From Octopus sinensis (taxonomy: Eukaryota), in the NCBI RefSeq assembly GCF_006345805.1, contig NC_043009.1:41664001-41728000 (forward strand): a stretch of DNA of 64,000 nt, given 5' to 3'. The translations under genes were made by a program, and so were the position numbers. A model generated the notes under the pieces. That model worked only from the letters and a program-made list of their open reading frames with translations. It was not told where the DNA came from and did not search any database. The stretch's first letter is position 1; each line of letters begins with the position of its first letter. Positions 1 through 11,699 of the stretch are shown here, piece by piece.

Positions 1-270
1 TGATAATGGCGAACCCATAGCGAAACCCCCTTCCTGTCGATATATATCAGTGTCCATTCTGAAGCAAGTAGTTTCTACACAGAAGGTCAGCAGTTCTATC
101 AAGTTTCCTATTGGTATACTAGAGATGGGTGTCTGTCACCAATTTTTCTTGAATCACCGATAATCCTTCATCAGGTGGGACTTTGGTGAACAGACATATC
201 ACATCTAGACGCACCATCTGGTTGGATCCAATGGGGGTATCCTTGATCAATTCTGTGAAGTGGAGAGAAT
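1..270 (-). mobile_element. Penelope-like element (PLE) reverse transcriptase fragment, degraded
   Basis: Minus-strand translation gives FTELIKDTPIGSNQMVRLDVICLFTKVPPDEGLSVIQEKL* then FCVETTCFRMDTDIYRQEGGFAMGSPLS. These match PLE RT motifs (DV.SLFT.VP and Q..G.AMGSPLS). Stop and frameshift present; runs off the window edge. Confidence 0.85.
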
Positions 271-365
271 ATCGGATGTTATTATACACCGCTGGTCACA
301 ATGCGCTTCATCGCATTGCTATGGCTTACGAATAATGCTAGTTCGATGGCTAAACGCATAGTCTA
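268..365 (-). mobile_element. Degenerate SINE (family D) 3' tail fragment
   Basis: Shares cgctggtcacaatgcgctt..cgcattg with 26750-26800. Confidence 0.6.
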
Positions 366-384
366 AAACTACTCCGCTGAACGG

Positions 385-545
385 AAGGTCTGTAAGTCGT
401 TGCGTTACTCATTTACACCTGCGTGGACGTGACCAATGTGAAAAGTTTCCTGAGCTCAGGAACACGATGCACTGTCGGTGTGGGAATCGAAACCATGGTC
501 CTGTGATCGTGAGTACAACGCCCCACCCACAAAACTAAGTGCCTA
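385..545 (-). mobile_element. Degenerate tRNA-derived SINE (family C)
   Basis: Similar to 1322-1508; B-box-like gtttcgattcc on the minus strand. Confidence 0.6.
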
Positions 546-595
546 CACACACACAAACACGTGTGTTTTAAGTTTTATATATATATATATATATA

Positions 596-721
596 TAAGC
601 AATATAGGATGAAGTCCCTTACTCTACAGCAAAGGAATTCATCAGGAAGCGTGGGCAGTATATTTAAAAAAAAACCGTTACGGTTGCAATATACATCATA
701 TAATTAAGGGCTAAAGAGGGT

Positions 722-756
<35 letters not shown>

Positions 757-1216
757 ATACTGCCCACGCTTCCTGATGAATTCCTTTGCTGTAGAGTAAG
801 GGACTTCATCCTATATTGCTTAGTAGTAAACTCGATGCTTGCTACAGGAGGACTGGTAACCATTACAATTTGTAGCGGCGAAAGGTCTGGACGTTGTTTT
901 CTGAGGCTGACCAAAGAATTTTATTTTTAGATATAAATGATGTACTCAAGTGTAGTTATGTTTTTAGCTTGTGCTTTTTCCATGATCATACGTGAGTATT
1001 TTTATTTATATCCCATCGAAATTTCTACTGAAGAAGGAATATATCTTTTTTTTATAAGATTAAGTCCGAAATTGATTCAATATAGAGATAACGAAATTTA
1101 ATTTTCTAAAGGTTAGTTGCCCGTTTTCAGTTTCAATTTTCCTGTAACAAGCGGATTATAAGTGGATAAAACAGTGTATTTGGCTTTAGAATAACCCTCT
1201 TTAGCCCTTAATTATA

Positions 1217-1220
<4 letters not shown>
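596..1220 (+). mobile_element. Hammerhead-containing non-autonomous element (PLE pLTR/retrozyme-like) with inverted duplication, inserted in (TA)n
   Basis: Perfect inverted repeats 596-674/744-822 and 695-725/1190-1220; hammerhead at 1016-1094; (TA)n on both flanks. Confidence 0.7.
1016..1094 (+). ncRNA. Type I hammerhead ribozyme motif with canonical core
   Basis: Stem I atttcta(1021-27)/tagagat(1083-89), extended by tcg/cga. Core CUGAAGA(1028-34) plus an extra A. Stem II GGA..ATCTT/AAGAT..TCC. GAA(1068-70). Stem III ATTG/CAAT. Cleavage triplet AUA(1080-82). Confidence 0.8.
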
Positions 1221-1251
<31 letters not shown>

Positions 1252-1321
1252 TATTATATATATGTATATATATATATATAATGTTATATATATATAATAT
1301 ATATATATAGATATATATTGT

Positions 1322-1508
1322 TTAAAGGCAAAGGCCGATACAGTTTGGCACCTGTGACGTTGCAACTCATTTCTACAGCTGAGTGAGCTTGAGCAACGTG
1401 AAATAAAGTGTCTTGCTCAAGAACACAACACGCAGCCCGGTCCAGGATTCGAGCTCACAACTTCACGATCGTAAACTCGACGCTCTAACCACTGAGCCAT
1501 GCGCCTTC
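1322..1508 (-). mobile_element. tRNA-derived SINE (family C)
   Basis: Head ggcgcatggctcagtggttagagcg (A box) ... gctcgaatcc (B box), then gtgttcttgagcaagacac. Confidence 0.85.
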
Positions 1509-1797
1509 TCACACACACGCACATACACTCACATACACACACACTCACACACACACACATATATATATATATATAAATATGCATGCGTATGTGTATAAAT
1601 GTGCGTATGTTTGTGTGTGTGTGCGCGCACAGACTATAAATAAAGGTATGTATGCGTGTTTATGTGTCTGTACAGATGTGTTTGTTGCTCCTGTATGAAT
1701 CGTTTCTCATCTGGTAAAAATGCAATCTGACAATTGAATGCAAATGTCAACATTTTACCGAATCGTTCATGTCACAGCGTCCTAGCAAAACCGGTGT

Positions 1798-1896
1798 TTT
1801 TACTACTACTACTACCACCACCACCATTACCACCACCACCACCACCACCACCACCACCACACCACTACTACTACTAATACCACCACCACCACCACC

Positions 1897-1958
<62 letters not shown>

Positions 1959-1976
1959 CACCACCACCACCACTAT

Positions 1977-2016
<40 letters not shown>

Positions 2017-2420
2017 GCCACTCCCACCACCTCAACTCCCCACTACTATAACTACATCCACCACCACCACCACCACTACCGTGTGTACCACGTCCACCAC
2101 TTCCACTGCAACCGTCACCACCACTAAAGCTGTTGCTACTGCTACTATTACTACTATGACAAGTACCATTATAACCGCTACTACTAACACTACTACTGGC
2201 AACACCACTACCACCACCACCACCACCACCACCACCACCACTACTACTACTACTACTACCACCTCCGCCATTACCACCACCACCTCCACCACCTCCTCCA
2301 CAACCGCCACCACCACACCGCCACTACCGCCACTACGCCACCACCACCACCACCACCACCACCACCACCAACCACCACCACCACCACTACTACTACAATA
2401 CCACCACCACCACCACCACC

Positions 2421-2466
<46 letters not shown>

Positions 2467-2486
2467 ACCACCACCACCACCACTAT

Positions 2487-2529
<43 letters not shown>

Positions 2530-2922
2530 GCCACTCCCACCACCTCAACTCCCCACTACTATAACTACATCCACCACCACCACCACCACTACCGTGTGTA
2601 CCACGTCCACCACTTCCACTGCAACCGTCACCACCACTAAAGCTGTTGCTACTGCTACTATTACTACTATGACAAGTACCATTATAACCGCTACTACTAA
2701 CACTACTACTGGCAACACCACTACCACCACCACCACCACCACAACCATCATCATTACTACTACTACTACTACCACCTCCGCCATTACCACCACCACCTCC
2801 ACCACCTCCTCCACAACCGCCACCACCACCACCGCCACTACCGCCACTACCGCCACCACCACCACCACCACCACCACCACCACCAAAACCACTACCACCA
2901 TCACCACCACTACCATCATCAT

Positions 2923-2962
<40 letters not shown>

Positions 2963-3065
2963 TCCGCCATTACCACCACCATCATCACCACCACCACCAC
3001 CACCACCACCACCGCCGCCGCCGCCACCACCACCTCCACTACCACCACCACCATTACTATGACTG
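1798..3065. repeat. Complex (ACC/ACT)n trinucleotide array containing a ~513-bp tandem duplication
   Basis: The unique core gccactcccaccacctcaactcc...ggcaacacc occurs at 2017 and 2530. Confidence 0.9.
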
Positions 3066-3437
3066 CTGCCTCCGTTTTGCTTCTGTTATTGCTGCTGTTG
3101 CCGTTATTGTTAAACCCAACACACATTGTATTTTATAACAACATGTGTTTAGCACATGTATTTTCTAAAATCTGCGGGAAATTTTCGCCAGAATATTCCA
3201 TCATAAATCACAGGAACATCAAATATGTTGCGATTGAGGCCCTGATTCTACACGTTCAATTGCCTGTGGTACTACAGAACATGATATATTCCTTGCAATA
3301 TATACTATATGATATATGATATATACTTTATGAAATACATTACTATATAAAATATGATATACGCAATATATGATATAATACATATTACATAAAATATGAT
3401 ATATGCTATATAAAATATAATATGTACTGTATTAATA

Positions 3438-3620
3438 CGTGGGGTGCTGTAAAGTTCCTGGCTTTAAGGGTAGGCCCAACCTTCCGAGTTGTTTTACGGG
3501 GCTTAGAAAAATTGAAGGATCGCTGCGATAAGTGTGTGAATCTAAGAGGGAAATATGTTGAATAAAATTCTAATTGACAGATCTTCCAGTATTTTCTGTT
3601 ACCCAAAGCCATAAACTTAT
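3438..3620 (+). mobile_element. Internally deleted mariner derivative (MITE)
   Basis: TA + cgtggggtgctgtaaagttcctggcttt, and an imperfect inverted end aaagccataaactt. Internal translation EKLKDRCDKCVNLRGKYVE* resembles a mariner transposase C-terminus. Confidence 0.75.
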
Positions 3621-3644
3621 TTCCTTTCTAAACAAAGTATATAT

Positions 3645-3745
3645 TTTATCAGGCACTTTTTGCCGAACTGCTAATTTAGGAGGTGGATTAAAACCAACAC
3701 CAGTTGTCAAGCGGTGGTAGGGGCCAAACACAAACCCAAAAGCTA
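3645..3745 (-). mobile_element. SINE family A internal fragment
   Basis: ttttgccgaactgctaa...ggttgtcaagcg homologous to 27180-27245. Confidence 0.6.
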
Positions 3746-4624
3746 TCACTAAATATTTATAGATTTTATTACCAATTTGGAATTCTTCTGATGTATGTAA
3801 TCTTCTTTTGTATCCTTCATTCGTCTAAAAAGATTCGCTCGCTCAGTAAATATTTCTTTCATTCTTTCGTCGCAGTTTTAATTTCTCTCTCTTTTAAGCA
3901 AACTTAAGGGTGGTCTATCCTATGTGTGGTCATTTATTATGCTAGAAATGGCAGCGATCGCGTTGTTATAATCTGAGGTCTATAGCATACAAATCAGCCA
4001 TATCAACAAATTCACCATCGATGTTTGTCTTCTTCCAGTTATACCGAGATTTTAGATTACCTCCATTGGCCATTCATCTGACTTTCCGATAACTTGGAAA
4101 GGTGTTCAGATTAAGGAGGCTCTAGAACACGTTGGCGTAATTTGAAATCAATTTCAGATTTACGCCACAAATCCTTTCCTAAAATTTCGCCATATTTGTG
4201 GCAGATAATGTGCATTTTCTGAGTGTGTTTATGCATTAGGTACACGTGTATCAAACATTAAAAAAATTCTGATCGTACACTTAGTTGGTTAAAACTGAAA
4301 TATATGCATTTAAAGCGTACGTAAATATATTTTTTGTATAATAATTGTGTATGAATATAATATATATTGTATATATGAATATATTTCGTTTGCATTTAAA
4401 ACGTATGGGAAGAAAATTAGTGTTTTATAATATGTATTTCGATCACTTGTTTTCTTTAAAACGTTTTTTAAAATAAAATTGCACACTCAGAATGACTCAT
4501 GCTAAAGTGTCTTACTTTTCAAGGCATCATGAAAATATAAAGCAATGAACTGGAAAAATATTCACATTGAAAAGCTCACTGTTATTTCTGAGCGATTCCT
4601 TTTCTGTCGTCGTCATATATTTTT

Positions 4625-4800
4625 GTCCTGAAATACTGGTTTCAAAATTTGGATCAATGCCAGCAGTTTCGGGTCGAGGGTAAGACTATTCTGATGACTT
4701 CTGTGGTCAACTGGTACTTATCTTACCGAACCCGAAAGGATGAAAGGAATTATCAGCATCAGCGGAATCTGAACTCAGAACTTGAAGATTGACATAATAC
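4625..4800 (-). mobile_element. Old SINE family B body with short tail
   Basis: Degenerate ttctgagttcagattccg...cctttcatcctttcgg...aagtaccag. Confidence 0.7.
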
Positions 4801-5034
4801 CTATTTCTTTACTACCCACAAGGGGCTAAACACAGAGAGGACAAACAAGGAGAGAGAAACGGATTAAGTCGATTATATCGACCCCAGTGTGTAACTGGTA
4901 CTTAATTTATCGACCCCGAAAGGATGAAAGGCAAAGTCGACCTTGGCGGAATTTGAACTCAGAACGTAACGGCAGACGAAATACGGCTACGCATTTCGCC
5001 CGGCGTGCTAACGATTCTGCCAACTCGCCGCCTT
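4801..5034 (-). mobile_element. SINE family B, long (Tx1-like) tail
   Basis: Head aaggcggcgagttggcag; central gcctttcatcctttcggggtcgataaattaagtaccag; tail tagccccttgtgggtagtaaagaaata. Confidence 0.9.
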
Positions 5035-5514
5035 GTTGCTCTGCAATATTAATTGTAATATGTTTTTATAATTTAACACATATATAAATACACATTTACT
5101 GATGTACGGAGATGGAAATGATATTTCTATTTTCGTTCCTCATACGAACAGTAACCACAGAAACAGTACACGAACAGTAGAAGTGTCAGCAAAGGAATTA
5201 TATATCGGAAATACACAAACAAAGAAGAGAAGGAAAGAGAGACGAAAGGCAATAAGAGGTTAGAAAATGCTGTCTCTCAGCAGAAGATTTTAAAGGACGT
5301 CGGCAACGAATAAAAATTAATCGTATAGTTGAAAATAAATATCGAAACCTTATGATAAAAGTATATAAAAATTGGAATTTAAAAAATAGACTCAAGATTA
5401 TGGGGTATTTAATAATTGGTTTGTTTAGTAAAAGTCGCATTACATAATTCTAGTGAATTAATAAACAATTTTTTCCGTTATGGTATAGATCTACATATAA
5501 ACATACATACAAAC

Positions 5515-5980
<466 letters not shown>

Positions 5981-7084
5981 TATATATATACATATAAATA
6001 TATAAATATGTGTGCGTATGTATATATGTATGCACGTATGTATGTTGTTCGCATGTATGTATGTTTGTATGTATGCTTGTATGTACGTAGATCTTTACTG
6101 TAACGGAAAGAATTTACTAATTATATATACATAATTATATATAGATAATTAAATATAAATAAATTCATATGTATGTATATAAATTTCATGTTTTGAGTTG
6201 GGTAAAATAATTGATGACTTACTTGCAATTCTTATGTTAAATCTGATTCTGATCCTCGGTTTCTCATACTGAGCTAAGTACTCATTATTTTTTGTACACA
6301 CATATTGTTGATAATGTGAAAAAGCAATAAATAGAAAAATTTGAAAATACTTTTCTTATGCTCAAAATACAGCAGAGCAGATAAACCCATCGACAAATAC
6401 ATCTGATTACATAGGATTCTATCTATTGCGCCACTAGAGTGTAAAAAGAAAAGAATTCTTTCCTTAATACTGGTTATTATGATATGAGTATTGTTTGTTG
6501 TTTAGCGTGAAACTTCGTCACATTCCACGCGAAACACTTTAAATATCTCTTTCACTTCACCTCACAATTTCAGTTCGGTTTCCTTTCGACTGTTTCGCAG
6601 GATTAATTAAGCAGAACCGAAGTATTTAAAATGGCACGTTTCATTTTGGTAACAGAATATAAAAAACAACAACAACAAAAAAAAATAATAACTCCAGAAA
6701 AGTCAGGCATAAAAATTAAACAACACAACGTAAACACGACAAAGATTAAGAGACGCAGAACAAATAATTAAACAACAATTAAACAATGCAAATTAAGAAC
6801 AAACTAAAAACAAATTATAATGAAGTCAAAGGAAATAGTTGGAATATTTCTCTGTTCCAGATACATCATTTAGCGTTCTGTTTAAGGCTTACAGTTGACT
6901 TCTTTCTGGAAAATTAGATGCTATATCATTGAATGCAGAAACAATATACCTGCAAATAGATGCCATAAGCATTGATGCGTCGAACAAAATTCCTTGTGAT
7001 ACTTGGTTACATTCTCAATTTAAATCGCGTCCAATTTCACATGGTTTTTCTCTTTTCATTATCCATGTAATAAATACTTGTCTT

Positions 7085-7460
7085 TGGTTCTCAACACCTT
7101 AATGATGTCTGTCGTTGGAGCGCCGTCTTCACATAGGGCATGTCGTTGGGCGCGACAGCACATACTGGTTTACCCCCGTCACGTCATGCTGGGCCCGTAC
7201 CTCTTTGAGCAACACTTAGTTTCACTCATCCGTCCACAAACACTCTCCAAGCTTGCCTATCATTTATAAACTCTCTCGCTTCTCTCACTCCAACACCTCT
7301 AACCAAGGCTATCCTCATTCCATCCATCCACTGGTTCCGCTAGTTCTGCTCCATCCATCCTCTGGTTCTGCTGCCTACCACATCTGCCTTCATCACCCTC
7401 TTTACCATCTGCTCCTCATCCATCCTCTCCATGGGCCAAACCACCTCAACATTCGTCTTT
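7085..7460 (-). mobile_element. RTE-clade LINE 3' end, degraded
   Basis: Frame-shifted translation RMLRWFG..MDEEQMVKRVMKADVVGSRTRGW....WMDGMRIAL..FINDRQAWRVFV, typical of an RTE C-terminus. Confidence 0.75.
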
Positions 7461-7467
7461 TTTTTAA

Positions 7468-7613
7468 AGATTAGTACTGCTTGTATCGGGTTCTCTTTGC
7501 CGAGTACCTAGGTTGCAGGACGTTAACAAACCAACGTCAGCTGCTATGCGATGCGGGAGAAATTCAAAAACACGTCTGTTTGTGAATGTGTGTGTGTACG
7601 TGTGTATGTGTGC

Positions 7614-7657
<44 letters not shown>

Positions 7658-7883
7658 GAAATTAAATAGGGAATAGGCCTGGGTATATATATATGTGTGT
7701 ATGTGTGTGTGTGTGTGTATATTCGTAGATAGACGAATATATATACACACACACAATGTACGCACACACACACACACGCATGTGTCTTTGACTTTCTCAT
7801 CGCATAGCAGCTGACGTAGGTTTGTTTACGTCCCGTAACCTAGCTACTCGGCAAAGAGAACCCGATGGAGTAAGTACTAATCT
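7468..7883. repeat. Imperfect ~100-bp inverted repeat (7468-7573/7782-7883) derived from the SINE A internal segment, with a microsatellite spacer
   Basis: atcgggttctctttgccgagta..ctaggtt..ggacgt.aacaaacc.acgtcagctgctatgcgatg is present on both strands. Confidence 0.85.
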
Positions 7884-7884
7884 A

Positions 7885-8101
7885 AGGCGGTGAGCTAGCA
7901 GAGACCTTAGCACGCCGGGCGAAATGCTTAGCGATATTTCGCTTGTCTTTACATTCTGAGTTCAGATTCCGCCGAAATCGACTTTGCCTTTCATCTTTTC
8001 GGGGTCGATAAATTAAGTACCAGTTGCGTACTGGGGTCGATCTAATCGACTTGCTCCCCGCCCACAAAAAATGCGGGATTAATGCCTAGAGTAGAAAAGA
8101 A
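7885..8101 (+). mobile_element. SINE family B (short tail) with 14-bp TSD
   Basis: TSD taagtactaatcta at 7871-7884 and 8102-8115. Confidence 0.9.
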
Positions 8102-8554
8102 TAAGTACTAATCTATAAACACTTGATTGAATAAACTCTTCATAGACGTGCCCTAGCATTGTTGCTGTCCAACGAATAAAACAAATAAAAGGATAACAGT
8201 GTTTTAAAAACGCAAACAGGTTTTATAATGAAATATTGGCATTAAATTCCAAATCTAGGTCTCTGCAAGTCTTGCAGGTCTCTATAAATACATTATAAAT
8301 ATAATTTGGTTATCAACCTCATGTCTTTCCTCCCAAATATGCTCCACTTATTGTTTACAAGTCTTTCAGTGTAACTATGTATGTGTAGTCGTTATTAAAT
8401 AGGAGTTTTTAGGTTATGTTATATGAGCTTTAGTGCTTACTAAAAATAAATAAATAAATTCTACTGTGGCAATTCTGATTTCATGTTCCAAGTTCAAATG
8501 CCTTCTGTGTCACCTTTGCCATTCGTCCTTTCGCGGTCGATAGAATAGGTTGAG

Positions 8555-9905
8555 GAGTTGAAAGAGAAAGCTATCCCTAAAAGATCGGGCAGAGGTGGCT
8601 AACGCGTATAACGCGTATATCGTGTCAATCATCTATTATGGCTTGACCGTCGTGCCTTGTCCTGGCCACCGTCTGATTGCGCTGGAACGTATACTCTTCC
8701 TCTTCCTGAGGAAGGGATGTGTCCCGATGGTTAGGCAGTCTATCTACCGTCCACACTCGCTGAGTGGTGGTCTGGGCATGTCGTGGTTGATGTTGCGCAG
8801 ACATGCATTGAGGCTACAACATCTCCAGTGCTTCCTTGACAGAAATCAGGTGTAGTTTCCGTTCTCCAGACACGTGTTTCTGAAGCTACTTTCTTTAACG
8901 GAGCTGCAGTCCTGGGTAAAAGAGAGACCGAGGGGGAAGCATTTGAAAAGTGGAATATCTTCAAGCGCTCACAGTCCTTAACCAGTCGAGCAGTGTGATA
9001 AGTGGAACGACTACTTTACCTTCTTATAGAGGATTAGTGGAGGAAAAGTACGACGACGTTCATGAGGGAGACAGACCTTGGGTGTGGAAGATCAACTAGC
9101 CGCTCTTTTCCGGAGAACTTTCGGCCCAGGACCGATGGATAATTTTGAAAAATCTCTGGCCTGGCAGTGCTACCGGGGAATTTTTCCTGTTCGAGATAAA
9201 ATTTTAAGGAAAGGAAATGCTGTTAAACGAGCATGTTCGAGATGCACGCAGGACGACGAGACGGTCCTGCATGCACTCGTTTAGTGCCCGAGCATTGCTG
9301 ACCTGTGGGTTTATGTCGAATACCGGGTTGTCGCGTGTGGAACGGATCCGGCTGTCAACTGAATCCGTCGTGAAAATCCCCTTCCTTTTTATTGAGAAGT
9401 AAAGGCTGTGTTTATATGCCAGATGGCCATGGCGAAAGAAATTGTAAGGTGGCTGAGATTGAAGGATCTGAAGACAAACACTTTTCTCTTTATCCAATCC
9501 CTGAGGAACTTCTTCAAGATTCACTTGAAAAGGAAAGTAAGGGTAGAGAGGATAGTGTTGTCTTCTAGCCAGTTTGCTGAAAGATGGATGAAAGTGGCGG
9601 GAATGGTGCGGGTGAACGGGCCTACCTTGAGCATACGCCTGTAGTTAGAAAAAAGGAAAGGGAAAAAGGCACCTGCCCCAAAAGTCAGGCTACCCATGAT
9701 TTTTTTAATGGGATTTTTCATTGAGCAGCCCTCGAACGTCTCCTTCGCTATTGAGGATCACACATTGTTGATTTTAAAACTTTTTTGTTGGTCTTGTTTA
9801 CACACAAAACCCTTACGGCAACACCCACTCACGCATTCTTTGTTTTGTTCTGTACTGTTCATAATATTTTTTCTGAATGTAATACCTTATGCTTAACAAA
9901 GAAAC
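8555..9905 (+). mobile_element. 5'-truncated Tx1-clade LINE (diverged sister family)
   Basis: Homologous to 50750-52230 (LTVVPCP, FLFLRKGCVPMVRQSI, GGLGM, CSRCTQDDETVLHALV); ends ttaacaaagaaac before (CAT)n. Confidence 0.85.
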
Positions 9906-10039
9906 CATCGCCATCATCATCGTCGTCAACATCGTCATCATCGTCGTCGTCGTCGTCATCGTCATCGTCATCGTCGTCGTCGTCGTCATCATCATCGTCA
10001 TCGTCGTCGTCATCATCATCGTCATCGTCATCGTCATCG

Positions 10040-10102
<63 letters not shown>

Positions 10103-10142
10103 ACTCATCATCATCATCATCATCATCATCATTATTATTATT
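9906..10142. repeat. (CAT/CGT)n microsatellite
   Basis: Direct reading. Confidence 0.95.
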
Positions 10143-11004
10143 ATTTCAAATTCTGGTAACCCGAGAGCAAAAACTTAGAAAACTGCTAACGGATGAAGTG
10201 ATAATATTTGTACCAAACAAACAATTACTCCTAGATAACAATAGCTTTATGTCAACGTCCTAACGACGACGAGAACAACGAAGATCAGTTTTCAACACTT
10301 CTCCGATTTCATCACAAATTAATATTTTTGTTTCATTTTGTTTTAACGTCGACGCCATAAATATATAATAAATTTACACACACAAAAAAAATATAGGAAA
10401 CTAAACAACACAACGAAAACCTATAAGACGTCAGTAAATAGAGTTCAGCTGACAAGCACGATGTAATTTATAACTGTTGTTATTGCAGATCTTGTACCCA
10501 CTGTTGTTGTTGCTACCGTTAGTCGTGGCTTTTGCTCCGTTGCACTTGTTAACAATGCATATTTGAAACTTTGAGAATAACAAAGGTTTCGTTAAATAAA
10601 GTTGTTACAGAAGATTTCCACCAGGCAGTTTAGCTATACTGTATGTCTTAACATATTGTAAATTTATTCAACGACAAAAGCAACAGAAGCCACAACAACA
10701 GAAACAGAATATAAAAAAAAAACTATAACTATGATATATGAGATACAACCAATACTTTCCCAACATTACATTATTAAACATTACAATCACTACCCAATCC
10801 TTTTCTCCTTCCTCTTTCTCCCTCCATTTTCTTTAACTTTTATTTAAGTACTTTGGAGAGTTCAAGCTGGTCGCTAACAAAGTGACAATGCGTTTTGAGT
10901 GAAGAGAGTTCCTAGTGTTTGTAAATATGTGGTCGAGTTGCTGAGTTGGTTGAACTGTAGATGCATACACTCAAGTGTTTGCATCTATTCGCATAAAAAT
11001 CTCA

Positions 11005-11340
11005 GATGTAGAATTTTGGGAATGTCTTACAAATCTTCACTGTGCCACAAATAGATTGGATTCGGAGAACGTGCGTCAGTTTCTAATTTATTTTGCTTTT
11101 TCTCAGTGTAACCGAGTGTTTCTAGGTTTTTGTCCAAATTTATTGATACAAAACCTGATGCACCTATGATGATAGGTACACATGAGAATTCATAGTCCGG
11201 ATACAAGAGCTGTAAGTTCTGTATTATTTCGCCATAAATGTTCTCTTTTTCCTGCACTTTTCATTGTACATTCGCGTCGGCTAGGTAACTGACCTCTACA
11301 GCAGTGCATGACTATTTTCCACGTCCCACAGGGAACAGTA
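11005..11340 (-). mobile_element. RLE-type (R2/R4/NeSL group) LINE endonuclease C-terminal fragment
   Basis: CTAVEVSYLADANVQ*KVQEKENIYGEIIQNLQLLYPDYEFSCVPIIIGASG, ending in a GTVKICKTF-like motif. Confidence 0.75.
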
Positions 11341-11467
11341 CGTATATATCCATGTATGTATGCATGTATATATGAGTGTATACATGTATGTACGTAAATA
11401 TGTATGCATCTATTTATTTACCTTTCTCTCTGTCTCTCTTTCTCCCTATATATGTATGTATATATAT

Positions 11468-11532
<65 letters not shown>

Positions 11533-11541
11533 GTATGTATA

Positions 11542-11593
<52 letters not shown>

Positions 11594-11652
11594 ATATATA
11601 TATATATTATATATATATATATTATAATTATATATATATGGTATATATATAT

Positions 11653-11698
<46 letters not shown>

Positions 11699-11699
11699 C

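Noticed and set aside
773-810. CTGATGA in inverted-repeat arm A' as a second hammerhead
   Set aside because: No GAAA after the putative stem II and no stem I or III.
6218-6450. Minus-strand exon with strong acceptor and gtaagt donor
   Set aside because: All three frames hit stops before the donor; could only be non-coding and has no other support.
8705-8732. CTGAGGA-A-GGGA-tgtg-TCCC-GATG hammerhead look-alike
   Set aside because: GAAA is replaced by GATG, it lies within LINE coding sequence (FLRKGCVPM), and the paralogous LINE copy lacks the core; coincidence.
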